Shown here: in pieces, positions 41,011-57,100 of the stretch
Position numbering within the stretch: position 1 is the stretch's first letter
How the letters are laid out: each line of letters opens with the position of its first letter
Source: Eledone cirrhosa
Lineage: Eukaryota
Direction of reading: 5' to 3'
Assembly (NCBI GenBank): GCA_964016885.1
Contig: OZ024740.1
Location: 304,048,001-304,112,000 of the forward strand
DNA length: 64,000 nt
Notes under the pieces: generated by a model
Database searches by the model: none
Told to the model about the DNA's origin: nothing
The model's input: only the letters and a program-made list of their open reading frames with translations
Made by a program: the position numbers and the translations under genes

Positions 41011-42016
41011 CCCAACCCATCCTATTTATTTTATAGCACATGGGATTTCTAGTAATGTAATTTTTTCGTCATATAAAATGCTTTTAATGTCTAAAGAAAA
41101 TTAATTATCGCAGGAATGCTACCACTTAAAATAAAATTTCGCAAGGAGACAGATTAGCAAAATTTGATAAGCGGGTGTAGGAGATGGGGTTTTAAAAATA
41201 TGAGAAATTAATAAAACATGTGGGAATGGGCGATTATTTGAGACCTGTGAGTAGATTAGAGCCTTTAAAAAGAGGAGAAAAAGAAAATACTGCTAGTAAA
41301 ACAAACAAACAAAAAAAAACCGGTTAAAAACACAGTAATAATTATTTATACTTTTGGCACAAGGCAAGCAATTATCCCAGTGCATTACTGGTACTTTATT
41401 TTATCGACCCCATAAGTTTGAAAGACAAAGTTAACCTCGGCGGGATTTGAACTCAGACCATAAAAGGGCATAACTCTATGCTGCAAAGCATAGCGCCCGA
41501 CCCTTTACTGATACTGCCAATCCACCGCCCAATCCACCACTTAAAAACACTAATAATGATGACTAGGTAGAATTTGTTTAAAAGAAATGTTATTTTAGAT
41601 TTTATCTTTGATTTTGTTTCTTAAGGTTTTAAGTCTGGCGCCGCTACAAGCGTCTCAGAAACTGGACACCTAGATATCGATATTCTATACTTTGCATTAT
41701 TTTTCTCACGTTAATTTCATACTGCATTTCTGCCTTTGTTCTATTCTTACACCCAAATGACGTGCGGTTTTCTGGTGCGATCCTTTGCCACAAGTGATAG
41801 CAATCCAACTTCTTGAGAAACTTTTAATTGTGTTATAAATAACATTACAAATTGTGCACAGTTTTTTCAGAATGAAAATATAAACACAAATATGATAAAT
41901 TTAATTAACTATTTCTAGGAACCTCATACATTAAGAATATAATGTAAATCAGGTTCATTTGATTACAATTGTATAAATTTACAGTAGAATAACATTGCAA
42001 ATATATTTTAAATATC

Positions 42017-43570
42017 ACGCTTCTTCCAATTCTGTCTGAACAATGGTGCTACTCCAGAACAGTGGAAAACTGCCAGTGTCATTCCTCTGTTCAAAAAGGG
42101 TGACCGCACATCACCTGTGAACTATCGTCCAGTCAGTCTTACTAGTTGCATTGCCAAACTAATGGAATCCTGTGTTAGAGAAACACTTTGGAACTTCTGG
42201 AACTCTCACAGTCTTATCCGGCCCTCGCAATTTGGATTTATCCCCAACTCCAGCTGCTGTGATCAACTTATCGAGTTTCTTGAAGACATCACCCGGATCA
42301 CTGATGGCGGCTCATGGGTGGATATTGTTTACCTTGACTTTGCAAAAGCTTTCAATTCTGTGCCACACAAAAGGCTTATGGCAAAACTCTCTGCAATGGA
42401 TGTGAAGGATGATCTTTTTAACTGGTTGAAGTCCTTCATTCTTAGTTGAAGAGAGGTAGTCACGGTTCTGGACAGCATTCCTCACCATATGAGATGTCAT
42501 CTGGTGTACCACAGGGGTCTGTTCTTGGCCCCCTTTTGTTTGTGGCATATATTAATGACATAGATGCCAACTTGAATAATGCAACAGTACTAAAGTACGC
42601 AGATGACATCAAGTTGTACCTTGAAATCAAAAGGACAGATCCTGAAATCTATAACTCTTTCCTACAATCAGACCTGAACACAATGCAACAATGGATCTCA
42701 GACTGGCAACTCAAGCTAGCTGTGGACAAGTGTACCACTTTGCATTTTGGGAGTAAAAACCCAGCGTCCACATACTCCCTCCACAGCACTAATATCAAGA
42801 AGTCTTCTTGTGGACGTGACCTTTGCATTACGGTCAGCAGCGATTTGCGTTGGACGAAGTACGTCTCTAAAATTGTCAAGAGGGCTGAGGGTGTCTTATC
42901 ATAACTCAGCAAGATCTTTGTTAGCCGCTCTCCAGCTATCTATTTAAGGCTGTACATGGCTATGGTGCGGCCATATTTAGAATTTGCATCACCAGTCTGG
43001 AAGCCCTATCTTGCTCAGAACATTGACCGCCTGGAAACTGTTCAGAGACGTGCAACCAAGCGAATACCCTCCATCAGACATCTACCATACTCTGAACGCT
43101 TTGCTTCCCTGGGCATGGATACATTGCTTCCCTGGGCATGGATACGACGCCTGGCAACTGACTTGGTAAACACCCACAAAATTGTTAACCATCTTGCCAA
43201 CAACAACCCTGAGTACCTTTTTGATTTCCATGTGTCTAACACACGTGGACATGCCCACAAAGTCAGAAAACAGCACAGTTCCCATGACTTTCGGAAACAT
43301 TTTTTCACGCTCAGAGTTGCTGAAGCATGGAACAAACTCCCTGCGTCAGTTGTTAGCTGTCGAGACACTGCATCCTTTAAAACCTCCATGCTTCCCGAGA
43401 TTCGCCAACACTACACCTAATGTTCCCCCTCCATACACATACACACATGTATATAATGACTCATACACTATTCACTTCCCTGACATTTGTATATTATTCT
43501 ATGTACTATACATGCACCTTTGACGAGTTGTAGTGCACCTGAGCACTTTACACAATAATTTCATTATTTT
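42017..43570 (+). mobile_element. 5'-truncated CR1-group LINE (RT)
   Basis: WKTASVIPLFKKG, NYRPVSLTS, YLDFAKAF, SGVPQGSVLGPLLF, YADD, TRGH, WNKLP. Confidence 0.9.
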
Positions 43571-44898
43571 ATTTAATTTTTTTATATACATAAATAAACA
43601 TTACAAATGCATAAATAACATTATAAATTGCTCGCAATTCGATCAGAAAGACATTACAAATATAATGTCTAAACCGTGTATAAAAATATAATATAATTCA
43701 TTGAACAAAAATTATAAAGAAAAAAAAAGAGGGGGGGGGGGATCACCACCAAGTGCGATAATCCGCCGCACCTCACACCTTAGGAGTTAACTTCACACTT
43801 AAGGCAAGCCAACACGCTCGCAACATTACCACGGGTGATGGCGAGGCTATGGCGCTGAAATAATCAGACGCCCTCAGAGATGGGGAAACTGCGGCCTTCT
43901 ATGCCATTCTATGCGGCCTTTTGAAAGAATAAATCATTTCCGACAAATTTTTTATGTTTATTTTTATTTTTATTTTTATTTTTATTTTTATTTTTATGTT
44001 TCAGTCTATCACTATCGGTAGAGGGTCGGACGCCATGCTTTGACGCATAGAGTTACGGCCCTTGCCATTCTGAGTTCAAATCCCGCCGAGGTTAACTTTG
44101 CCTTTCATCCTTACGGGGTCGATAAAATAAAGTACCAGTAATACACTGGGATAATTGCTGGCCATGTGCCAAAAGTAGAAAAAGTTATTTTAATTTAAAC
44201 CGAGGTTAGCTTTACCTTTCATCCTTACAGGTTCAATAAAATAAAGTACCAATAACGCACTGGGGCCGATTTAATCATTATTTTAATTCAAATCATAAGA
44301 TGAACGTATTTTAAATACCAAAAGTTAATATAAAATTCAACGAAATAACCACACTGACATATAACCAAAATTAAAAAGGCCATTTAACACTTTCTACACT
44401 CATGTTTTAATTCTCATGCGATTCTAGAATGTAAATACTAGAACTTATCAAATAATTATTTTTACCAGCCTGTGGCGTTCGAGACGTTCGGCAGAGTTTG
44501 GCCGCTGACAACGAAATTCTTGTCATCACTGGCGGCTCACCTTACTGAGGTGTCAGGTGATGCCCGTGAGGGTGCCTGGTTATTTCAGCGCCTTAGCCTC
44601 CTAAATTTGGACAATTTAGTTATGGTTAGTTTAGCTCTTTGCACTCTAAAATGGCCAGAAAACTTCGACATGCGATAAACATAACATAAATTGTAGCGCA
44701 TACCCAAATGAACGTGTGTTTTGGTAGTTTGGGAAGAAAATATAATTAATGGAGGAGGCATGCCCCATGTCCAGTTCCACCGCCACTGTATATATATATA
44801 ATTTTTAAAAAATTATGCTCTGTGCCCTTTCCTAAGGAGTTAATATATCAAGCTTCATTGCATTTGGTAAGAAACTGGTATTATACCAAATTTATTCA

Positions 44899-44948
<50 letters not shown>

Positions 44949-45162
44949 GATAACAAATTATCGTTATAGGTAATCCAGTTAGAGGTTGTGAGTACTCTGT
45001 ATTGTGGATAGTTTTAACGAACGGCGTTGTTTGACTCAACGAGTGGTTTCCTTAGTTAGGTTGCGAGTTCTCGGGAATTCCTATGCAGGTTAATCTTGGA
45101 GTAATAATAGTGAAAGAGTGAAGAATAACATGGTCAACAGTACAAAAAAGGGGTTTTATTTA

Positions 45163-45275
45163 CAGTATTAACAAATGTTTCATTGATTAGGTTGTCTAAA
45201 AATTGCTAATCACTTGAAGTTGCGTCACTCAATTTTAAATACAATGTATGCCTAATCAAATCATCGGAAAAACTG
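45163..45275 (-). ncRNA. Type I hammerhead variant with extended stem II
   Basis: Minus strand: cagttttt CCGATGA t ttgattagg [~60 nt] cctaatcaa t GAAA catttg TT aatactg; lies in the TA-flanked element 44947-45595. Confidence 0.65.
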
Positions 45276-45592
45276 ATTAAAATTATACACAGCGTTTGTA
45301 ATATACTAGGAAAATTCAAATCACAACATCAGTAATAAAGAAAGAAAAAAGAAAAAGAGAGAGAAAAAAGAAAGAGAGAGAGAAAAAAGGAAACAAGGAA
45401 AAAGAAAAGAGAAAAAGAAAAAATAATAATAAATAAGTTAGAATGAAGATGATAAAAAATAAAAAATAGGTAAATAAATTTTTTATGTGTGTGAAGTGAA
45501 CATAATATGATTTTCAACAATCATATTATGTTCACTTTTCTTCACACAAACATTTTTTTGTACTGTTGACCATGTTATTCTTCACGCTTTCA

Positions 45593-45662
<70 letters not shown>

Positions 45663-45680
45663 ATTTATATATATATATAT

Positions 45681-46102
45681 AGTGTATGAGGTGAGTTTTA
45701 TTGTAGCACAATAAAGCAATGCAAATATCGGATAAGTAGCACTCAACAGTTTATAGGACTGGAGTATAAATAATATAAAATCAAAAGATGGTTAAAAAAG
45801 TTCCATGTATTTTATTATGCGCATTTCAAAAACAAATATCATCATGGGGTGATATTTCCGTTCTCTTCAGATACAATAGGGAGACATGATATGAAGCTTA
45901 AAAAACACTTGCGAGCAGTGAAGTGTTAAATCAACGTGTTAAATGAACACTTCACTGCTCGCAAGTGTTTTTTAAGCTTCATATCATGTCTCCTTATTTT
46001 ATCTGAAGAGAACGGAAATATCATCCCATGATGATATTTGTTTTTGAAATGTGCATAATAAAATACATGGAACTCTTTTAACCATCTTTTGATTTTATAT
46101 TA
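45681..46102. mobile_element. Fold-back hammerhead-bearing element (HHR 45808-45878 on minus, 45995-46065 on plus)
   Basis: Arms ~45770-45926 and ~45946-46102; tattttat CTGAAGA g...t GAAA tg(c/t)gca TA ataaaata. Confidence 0.85.
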
Positions 46103-46178
46103 TATATATATATATATATGCAGAGGTTATATTTAATTTGTTGGGATTCAACAATATATATATATATAATATATATAT

Positions 46179-46466
46179 ACTTGTGGATAGTGCAGTTTTA
46201 AATCAACATATGTTGATTTAAAACTGCACTATACACAAGTGTTTTTTAGCCTTCATATCATGTTCTCCTGTTTTATCTGATGAAAACACAAATATTATTG
46301 CATGATGATGTTTGTTTTTGAAATGCGCATAATAAAATATATGGAACTCCTTTAACCATCTTTTGATCTTATATTATGCATACTCCAGTCCTACAAACTG
46401 TAGAGTGCTTCTTATCCGATATCTGCATTGCTTTATTGTACTACAATAAAACTCACCTCCTACATT
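46179..46466 (+). mobile_element. Second copy of the same family, with 5' hairpin and hammerhead at 46269-46339
   Basis: 62-bp near-perfect palindrome at 46179-46240; tgttttat CTGATGA aaac...tttt GAAA tgcgca TA ataaaata; same 3' end as the copy at 45681. Confidence 0.85.
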
Positions 46467-46495
46467 ATATATATATATATATATATATATGATAA

Positions 46496-47188
46496 ATTAA
46501 CAAATGGAAACTATATTTATAAAACCATATTTATTTCATTATACATATTTCAAGGATACCAAGTTAAATTATGGTGTGCTTTCATCAGATAAAATATAAT
46601 ATAGATCAGTTTTATAAATAAATATTGACATACCCTTAAAGAATACGACCATTTCTGTTGGAAGCTCCCGGATAGTGGGGTTATAAATTTATTGATACTA
46701 TTATGCAAATTAGTGTCGGATATTTTTAAATCACAGTAGATTTAAAATAAGCCGTTGGGGTATGGAGAGAGGGAAAGAGAAAAAAGAAAAAAGCAGCTTT
46801 AAGAGGAAAATAAGAAAACAAGAAAAAGAGAAAGAGAAGAAAAAGGAAAAGAGAAAAGAGAAAAGAGAAAAGCGAAAGAGAAGGAGAAAGCCCTAAGTGA
46901 TAGGTTGTTGTATTAGCATAACTTTTAAGATGAAGTGAAAAAATAAATATTTTTGGATGAGTAAATTAAATAAGTAAATAAGAGTGAATGGAAAATACTC
47001 GTGAATGGAAAATGAATTTTAACCAGTGTTTAAATATGATTAAATGTTTAGTTTATCAATTAAATTATCCATCAAATTATTGAGATCTATACATTAAAAG
47101 TTGAGATCTATATATTATTAAAAATCTATATATTATTAAAACCCATATATTATTAAAAGAATATATTCATATATATACGTACGCACAC
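46496..47188 (-). repeat. ~690-bp pLTR-like segment with hammerhead (46532-46596); inverted near-identical copy at 61248-61936
   Basis: Near-identical reverse complement; tattttat CTGATGA aag...ctt GAAA tatgta TA atgaaata. Confidence 0.9.
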
Positions 47189-47645
47189 ATACATACACAT
47201 ACATAGATATATATATATATATACCTATACATACCCTACACATAGATAAAGGACTTTTTATGTATAAGATATAGGAATTTTCTTAAACTTATATATTTTT
47301 CTGAGAAACTAGAGAAAAAAAACCCGGAGAAAAACATTTCTATGTAATAGCAAAACAGCGTGAAGGAAATTAAGTTATTTACCTATATTAAATGTTATAA
47401 ATGTCAAGATAACAAAGGAAATTTAAGATTATAGGAACCTTATGTTATAATACAAACCTTATATTATAAATTTTATATTTACTAAATCCACCTGTTATGT
47501 AGTTGTGACTGTTATTATATATGTTTATTTATCACCAAGTTTAAGGAAACCCTTATAATCTAGTGCATTTGAATTGTATGCATATATATATATACACACA
47601 ACTCCCACATAGACATAGACATAGATACACATACAGGTAGATATG

Positions 47646-48202
<557 letters not shown>

Positions 48203-48228
48203 AAGAATCAAAGAACTGTTCAAAACAT

Positions 48229-48283
48229 TATTGTGCTTACAGCTGTTTCCTCCAAACCGAGGTTTGGATTCTTCGGAGCAATT
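48229..48283 (-). ncRNA. Type I hammerhead variant at the putative 3' end of a Naiad-like PLE
   Basis: Minus strand: tgct CCGAAGA a tccaaac ctcg gtttgga g GAAA cagctg TA agca. Confidence 0.75.
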
Positions 48284-49724
48284 TATTAATGAATGGACAG
48301 TTATATGACCTCCTTTTCAGCCAAGAGACATACCGATACATATGCAAATATTGTGGGTCAACATTCATTACAGCATTTAGAGTGGCAGTACACACTTCGA
48401 GATTACATTCATAATAAAAGGTACAATCAAAAATCAAAAATACAGGTTAAAATACATGAAGATAAGCGGTTATATAGTGCAAATGTTATATGTGTGGCAA
48501 GCACGTGCGTCTTGTTTATATAGTGTGGCAGAGAGATATGTGTGGTAGGAGCACTTAGGTAGGTAAAGAAGAGTGTTAGGTTGGTTGATCTGGTGGGAAA
48601 TTCTTTATATGATTGTTATAGTCTGTGTGTGGAGAAAAGATATAAGCATTAAAAATAGTGCAAGCATTAAAAGTATTAAACGTATTGGAGATGCACAGCG
48701 AAGGGATGACAAGGACCTCATGTACTTCGACATTTTCATGGTCAGGGGAGTGTATTCTTCGATTATATGCCCCTCACATAATCCACGGCAATTCTATATT
48801 GAGCGTTTGACAATCCAGTTAGAGAATCGTAGTCCGATGTTCTTTAGTTCAATACAGGAGGCTGTTACGTTTCGCGAAACGACATTGAATACTACCCGGA
48901 AGTGTGTGTGTGGCTAAGGGGAGTTAATGTATGAGGGGAGGTAACTCCGGGGTTTCTATACCTAGCTATTGAAATGTCTCAATATAGACCCTAATTTCTA
49001 TGGTTATGCGCAACTTCCAAAAAATTCCTAAAGCATAAAGTGTTTTAACTATAGAGCAGTTTATTAAGTTGTGCTGAAGGTGTTCGTATTATTATGGTGA
49101 ATTAACCCCCATCCTAGGGTGCCACAAATGAATATTATAGACGATGAGCGAGGATTCTAAATTAATGATCCCTGTGGTTGTACCCTACTCATAGGACCAG
49201 GCGCGGTGATTGCAGAATCACTTCAAGACACAATGATCTCTGGTAAGTTCTGGGTCATCGCTTGCTACATTGGATGTCGAAAGGTAATCATCATCAGGGC
49301 CGGCCAGAGGTCAATCCGCAGTCCTCATGACCCCACTCTGACCATCAAATCATCCATATATGTACAACCCGCACGGCAGTTGCAATACATTCATTCTCTG
49401 CACTCAGCGTCCTGGTCCTACTGCTCAACAGCGTTACTAGATTAAATCGTTTTTCATCTGTCTAAGGAAGGCACTTCCTCCGCACAACACCACCAAACTA
49501 ATCAATTCATGCTTAAATTACCTATAGAGCGGTGTAGTGCAGTTCAAGTGGGTGGATGTTGTCACCCCTAACGTAGAGGTATAAATGGGTATTCTCCCAG
49601 CGAAGGGTTCCGGAGGGATGTCGTAGTTTGTGTTATATTAGATCAGTTAGTGTTGTGTATGTGGAATAAGGTGTGCCCCTGGTGTTTGATGCTAGATGTG
49701 GTGTTTGGTTCAAGTCCGACATTG

Positions 49725-51527
49725 CTATATATTGGGCTTAAAGTTTTGGAAGGAATGTCTGAAGCGGTGCTGGCAAGTTGCAAACACCTCAGATTTTTTG
49801 TTAAGTAGGTTACGGTTGGAGAAGATAATATTGTGGGTCTCTAGTATACAGAGGTTACAAAATTTATTAGGTGGTTTGTACGAAGTCGCGCTGCCTATCA
49901 CTTCCCATTTGAGTGTGTATGGTTTATTTTTAGTTTTTAGATAGTGTATGTAGCTAGATAGTGAGGTGGAATTGGCTAGGCTGTGCTTTTTGAACGAGTG
50001 GATGTGCGAATTATACCTGATTTTGAAGCTGTTAGAAGTGGAGCCTACATAGGTTTCTGAAGAGTTGCTAGTTGTGACGATGCATGAGTATATGATATCC
50101 TTGGTTAGGCATTTTTTATCCAAAGGGCAGGTTCTATTAGCTCTACAGTTACAATTATCCTGTGTGTTAGTCTGCTGGTTATAATGCAGTGCAGAAGTCT
50201 GGGTGGTAGCTATAGGATTTTGGACATTCGGGATGTCAACCCCGGTGTTATTTCTTATACTAGTGTTATTTCTATTGTTACTGCCGTTACTATGGTTGCT
50301 TGCTACAGAGGTATTTAGAAGGTTTGGATCCTGTTGTGATTTCGTTTGTTGGAAGTAAGAATTAATTTTATTTTTATTGCTGCTAGCTATGTGGTATGCT
50401 AAGTTAGGCGTCGTAGAGTATGAGATTTTAATAGTGTTTTTGTTTAAAAGGTTGTGGTACTTGTGTCCTAGAGGGAAGTTTTTATCTAGTAGTGAGAAGA
50501 AAGCCCTAGGTATGTTGGTGGAGACATTTAGGTTGAAAGGAGGGTTGAAAAATGTATTATTTCTTCTTCTATTTTTGCTTTTAGTGTTTGGTGTGTTGTT
50601 TCTTCCTACGGCACCACAGTAGTTTCCGTGGTAATGGTTACTTCCGGTGGCACCCTCCGCTTTGGTGTACTTGTGGTTGCTATTCCTATTATTAGGTTTC
50701 CTCATGGACATGTTGTGCGAGATGATGTTGTAGCTATGTGTTTTCTTAGGTAGGAACTCAATTTCTATATTATGGCCGGATCTAGCTAATGCTTGATTGT
50801 AATATCGTGAGTTTTTGCTAAATATGTTTGCGTCATAGGACAGGCTAGAGATTCTATTGGATACCCCCTTAGAGATAGAGTTTAATATTGATCTAGGGTG
50901 ATTAGACTTAGTATCTACGTAAATGAGTTTTTCGTTAGGCTTATGGAAAGGTGTATATATTTTTGAGTCTAGGTATAGTGGGGCATCTAGGAAGTTTACA
51001 TTTTTAGTGTTTTTGTCCATGGTGATACTAAGGTTAAAGTTTTTGAATGTCTTATGCAATTGTTTTCTAGCTCTTTCTATATTAAATTTTTTATATTCTA
51101 TAAGTAGAAGTGCATCATCGCGGTACAAACCACCGTTGAGGTAAGGGAGGTCCTTATGGATTTCATTGAGAAGGTATAGGCCGACCAAATCAGTGACCTG
51201 CGCCGAGTCACTAGATCCCATGGTTATGTCGAAGTTGTTGTGCGTATCCTTGCGTGTCCATAGTTGGTCTTCGAAGGTGATTATGGTTTTACGGGCCGCA
51301 AGGATGACATCAATCTGGGCTCTAGTCAGGTCGCTATTGTTCATGGCCATGATAAGTGCCTTATTTAATAGGATAGGGGAAATAGAGGTGTAGTATGAAT
51401 TGATATCAAATTGAATAAATTTTTTGTCATTATTCTTGATATCTTTGAACCATTCAATCACTTCACCCGTATTTCCCCATTGTTTAAGGTGTATCCTGTG
51501 TTTAATTTGTGGGATGATTTTATCCAA
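49725..51527 (-). CDS. Penelope-like (Naiad-like) RT plus GIY-YIG, 600-aa open frame, 5'-truncated; element ~48196-51540
   Basis: QFDINSYYTSI, ITMGSSDSAQVTDLVG, LYRDDAL, SNHP, CNCRANRTCPLDKKC, IIYSC...YVGST, CNLC, CQHR. Confidence 0.9.
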   Translation of the reverse strand: MDKIIPQIKHRIHLKQWGNTGEVIEWFKDIKNNDKKFIQFDINSYYTSISPILLNKALIMAMNNSDLTRAQIDVILAARKTIITFEDQLWTRKDTHNNFDITMGSSDSAQVTDLVGLYLLNEIHKDLPYLNGGLYRDDALLLIEYKKFNIERARKQLHKTFKNFNLSITMDKNTKNVNFLDAPLYLDSKIYTPFHKPNEKLIYVDTKSNHPRSILNSISKGVSNRISSLSYDANIFSKNSRYYNQALARSGHNIEIEFLPKKTHSYNIISHNMSMRKPNNRNSNHKYTKAEGATGSNHYHGNYCGAVGRNNTPNTKSKNRRRNNTFFNPPFNLNVSTNIPRAFFSLLDKNFPLGHKYHNLLNKNTIKISYSTTPNLAYHIASSNKNKINSYFQQTKSQQDPNLLNTSVASNHSNGSNNRNNTSIRNNTGVDIPNVQNPIATTQTSALHYNQQTNTQDNCNCRANRTCPLDKKCLTKDIIYSCIVTTSNSSETYVGSTSNSFKIRYNSHIHSFKKHSLANSTSLSSYIHYLKTKNKPYTLKWEVIGSATSYKPPNKFCNLCILETHNIIFSNRNLLNKKSEVFATCQHRFRHSFQNFKPNI

Positions 51528-51624
51528 GATTTTCTGCCTACCACCATTTAGGGTTTGTATAAAAAATACATATAACTGCTAAAGGTTTTTGTATTTTCAT
51601 AACCATAAATAGTACAATTAATAC

Positions 51625-53684
<2,060 letters not shown>

Positions 53685-54188
53685 GTACAGTACATAGTAT
53701 AATTGAAGTACATAATATATTTAAAAAATACATAATATATAAAAAAAAAAAAGATAAAAATGAATTATATTACGATTTGGAAATATATTCTTACAATTAT
53801 AAGCAATATAACTTTAAAGCAATATCATTTTAAAAAATTACAGAATATCTTAAGATATAATTTTAAAATAAGAATATGTCTAAAAAATTCAGTATAAAAT
53901 TTAAATTTTTTATACAATATTTAACTCTCAGTATGTTTAACTTAATTTTATAACTATATGGGAAATTTTCAAAGAAAAAGAAAGAGAAACTTTCAAAAGA
54001 GAAACTTTCAAAAATAGGAGAAACCTTTCAAAGAAAATATTTTCTCCTTTTAAGAGCTTTCCGTATGTTTATCTAGAAAAACTTTTTTTGAAAAATTTTT
54101 TAGATTTGAGAGTTTAAGCAGTCAAATGAAGGAATCTAATGATTTATCGATAGGTTCAATATATTATTAGAATTAATTATATATAACA

Positions 54189-57100
54189 CTAGCGGAGCTA
54201 CCCGGCTTCGCTCGGTGTTAAAAAGCTTATTTAGAAAACAATAATATTAAAATTTTAATCGTTATTTAAAAACTTCTCTAATTTAGTTTCTATTTTTTAG
54301 ATCTTAACATTTATCTTTAAATGACTGAATGACTGATGAATTTAAAGAAAACTCGTTATAAGAACATTTAATTTATTTTACTGAAGTGCTTTTGGATACA
54401 CAATGTTTTTTGTTTTTCCTTCTGGTGCGTACACGAATAAATCAGAAGGTTTACCGACGCGTGAGCAAGCCACATACAGCTGTCCATGTGAGAAGCATGG
54501 ATTTTCTAAATTTAGTCCACACACTTGTAGCGATTGTCCTTGTGCTTTGTTGATAGTCATTGCAAAGGCGAGTCGCACCGGAAACTGCAAACGTTTGAAT
54601 TCGAATGGCGTATCTGTCGGAATCATTGGGATGCGTGGCAACAGTACATCTCCTTTTAATTTTCCATTTAAAATTGTAGCTTCGATGATATTGTTCATCA
54701 TCTTTTTCACTGAAAGCCTGGTACCGTTGCAAAGTTGTGGTGGGTTGATGTTTCGGAGAAGGATGATAGGCACGCCAATTTTCAATGTTAAAATGTGCGG
54801 TGGCATGCCTGGCAAATCAAGTGAATTCAAGAATTCAGTTGGATAATTGATAATTTCGTCTTGATTCATTACAGTATCGATGGACTTATACGTTGTCGCT
54901 TCGCCTGGTATTTTGTTATGAATGCTGAAATTAATGGCATTGACATCGTTGTTTTTGGCTGCTAATATAGCACGTGCATTGAGTCACTGATGATTTTTGT
55001 AATGCTGCGCGATATTTGGGAAAACTTTGTGAATCAGTTCGTCTCTGGTTGCCGTGATTCTACAGAAGTTTGTTGGCAATGTCATACATTTTGTGGATTC
55101 ATCGATTACCATTTTCCCATTCCCAATATCCAGCAATTGTTTTGTGAAACGTTCAGCGGATGCATCATTTTGTAGTTGTACACGCATATTGGTTTTTAAA
55201 GTTAATTTCTGTACGTGCCGCCATAAAACTGATGATTTGAGACATGCATTAAGCTCATCAGCGAGTGTTGATCGCGGTATAACTGGTAGAGTTTGTCGAA
55301 AATCACCAGACAATAAAATGAGTGTGCCACCGAAGAGCTGTTCATTTCCTTTCAAATCTTTTAGTGTGTTATTAAGCGCTTCCAATGATGTTTTGTGCGC
55401 CATAGTACATTCGTCCCATATAATGATTTGACATGATTGGAGTACTTTACCTATACCAGAATTTTTGGTGATATTGCATGTTGGTGTCTCAGTGATTTGC
55501 ATATTCAATGGCAATTTCAGTGCTGAATGTGCAGTTCGGCCACCATCCAAAAGAGTTGCCGCAATTCCAGATGATGCGATTGCCAGTGCAATATTATTTT
55601 GTGATCGTATAGTTGCCAAAATAAGTGAAATGAGAAAGGTTTTGCCTGTACCACCAGGCGCATCTATAAAATACAATCCGCCGCTTTGATTTGTAATTGC
55701 CTGCATAATTTTGTCATATACTATGCGTTGTTCTGGTACCAATTTCAGAAGATTCGTTTGAACAAATGTACCCAATTCGGCGACATCAAAGTTTGTTTCT
55801 CGTTGCAAATCACGATCGAAAATGTCATTTACAGATCGATTCGGCGCAGGCATTCCCAATTGTACCAGTGTTTTGTTAGCGATTGCTAAACATATGACCT
55901 CAATCGAAACCAATGCTTCATTATACACGATTGGTGTGAATTGAATATTCAGATTTTGATTTGTTGCACGCAAACGATGTAGGATGTCTTCACTCATGTA
56001 ATCTTTGTATTTTCCCCAAAGATCTTTTGGATTTGATGGGAAGCACGTTGTCAATATTATTGCGAATAACGTGCGTATTTGTTGTGGTCGAGCAGTATTC
56101 GATGCATCAGCGAGTGAAGTGTCCCAATGTCCATCATTTTCAAGAAGATTTAATTTTTGGCAAGCTTCACGATAAGTGGCACATACTTGACCGTTTACTG
56201 TTCTCAATTCTTGGAATGATGTCGGTCCACGTACGTTGATTAACAATAATCGCAAGTAAAAGCATTCTGCATTATTTGGGTGAACAGTGTACAAACGGCC
56301 TAACGCGTCGGTGGAATATAAATTGGGATGTCCTTCAACTACTTTACCCTGTTTGCGACGTTTAAACTTTTTCGTTGATGTATTCCATGTGTAATATGTT
56401 GGCACTTCAGAATAAAGTAGTGTCTTTGCAAACACATCTTCACTGCACAATGAGAAAAACGCAGTTAACGTTGTTGGCGGTGGTGTCAATGCCCTTGCAC
56501 GTATATTTTCAGTTGTGAAGTATACGCGCTGTCCATTTTCAAGGTGCACCGCCAAATGAACAACTGTTGGATGTCGATAATGGATTGGAAATGATAAAAT
56601 GCGCCATACTGCTTCATTACTACTAATGTAGCGTCCCAGTTGGTATTGGTCGATTTCATCGATAGATGCATTTGCATTGCACACTCCAAAAACTGCCATA
56701 TCGCTTCCTTTGTTGATATATTTGCAAATGTACTTGATCGCTTTCACCGAATTGCAATACTCGACATTGATGTGTGCTTTGAACGTCTTTGAGAGTAACG
56801 GTGAATATGGTACAACCCAACGATTATCGACTTCAACATAATTGTTTTGTACTTTTAAAGTGATGGATTTGCCGCCATCTTCAGTTGCTCGTCGACGATA
56901 GAGTGGATATCCGTCATTGCCAGTGATAGTCTCGGCAACTAAGTCTCTTGGGTATTGTTTCGTGCATTTCCCATCAGACATGCATGGTGAATTGTTGTTG
57001 AGTAAGCCACATGGACCATGAATCATGTTTTTAGTGACGACTTCAAATAAGTCTGGATCAACGTCGACATCTGGTATTTCTGCTGAGATGATTTGATCAA

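Noticed and set aside
54984-54986. In-frame TGA as possible selenocysteine or readthrough
   Set aside because: The position is normally Trp, so a simple G-to-A nonsense change explains it; the Naiad-like 600-aa ORF has no internal TGA either
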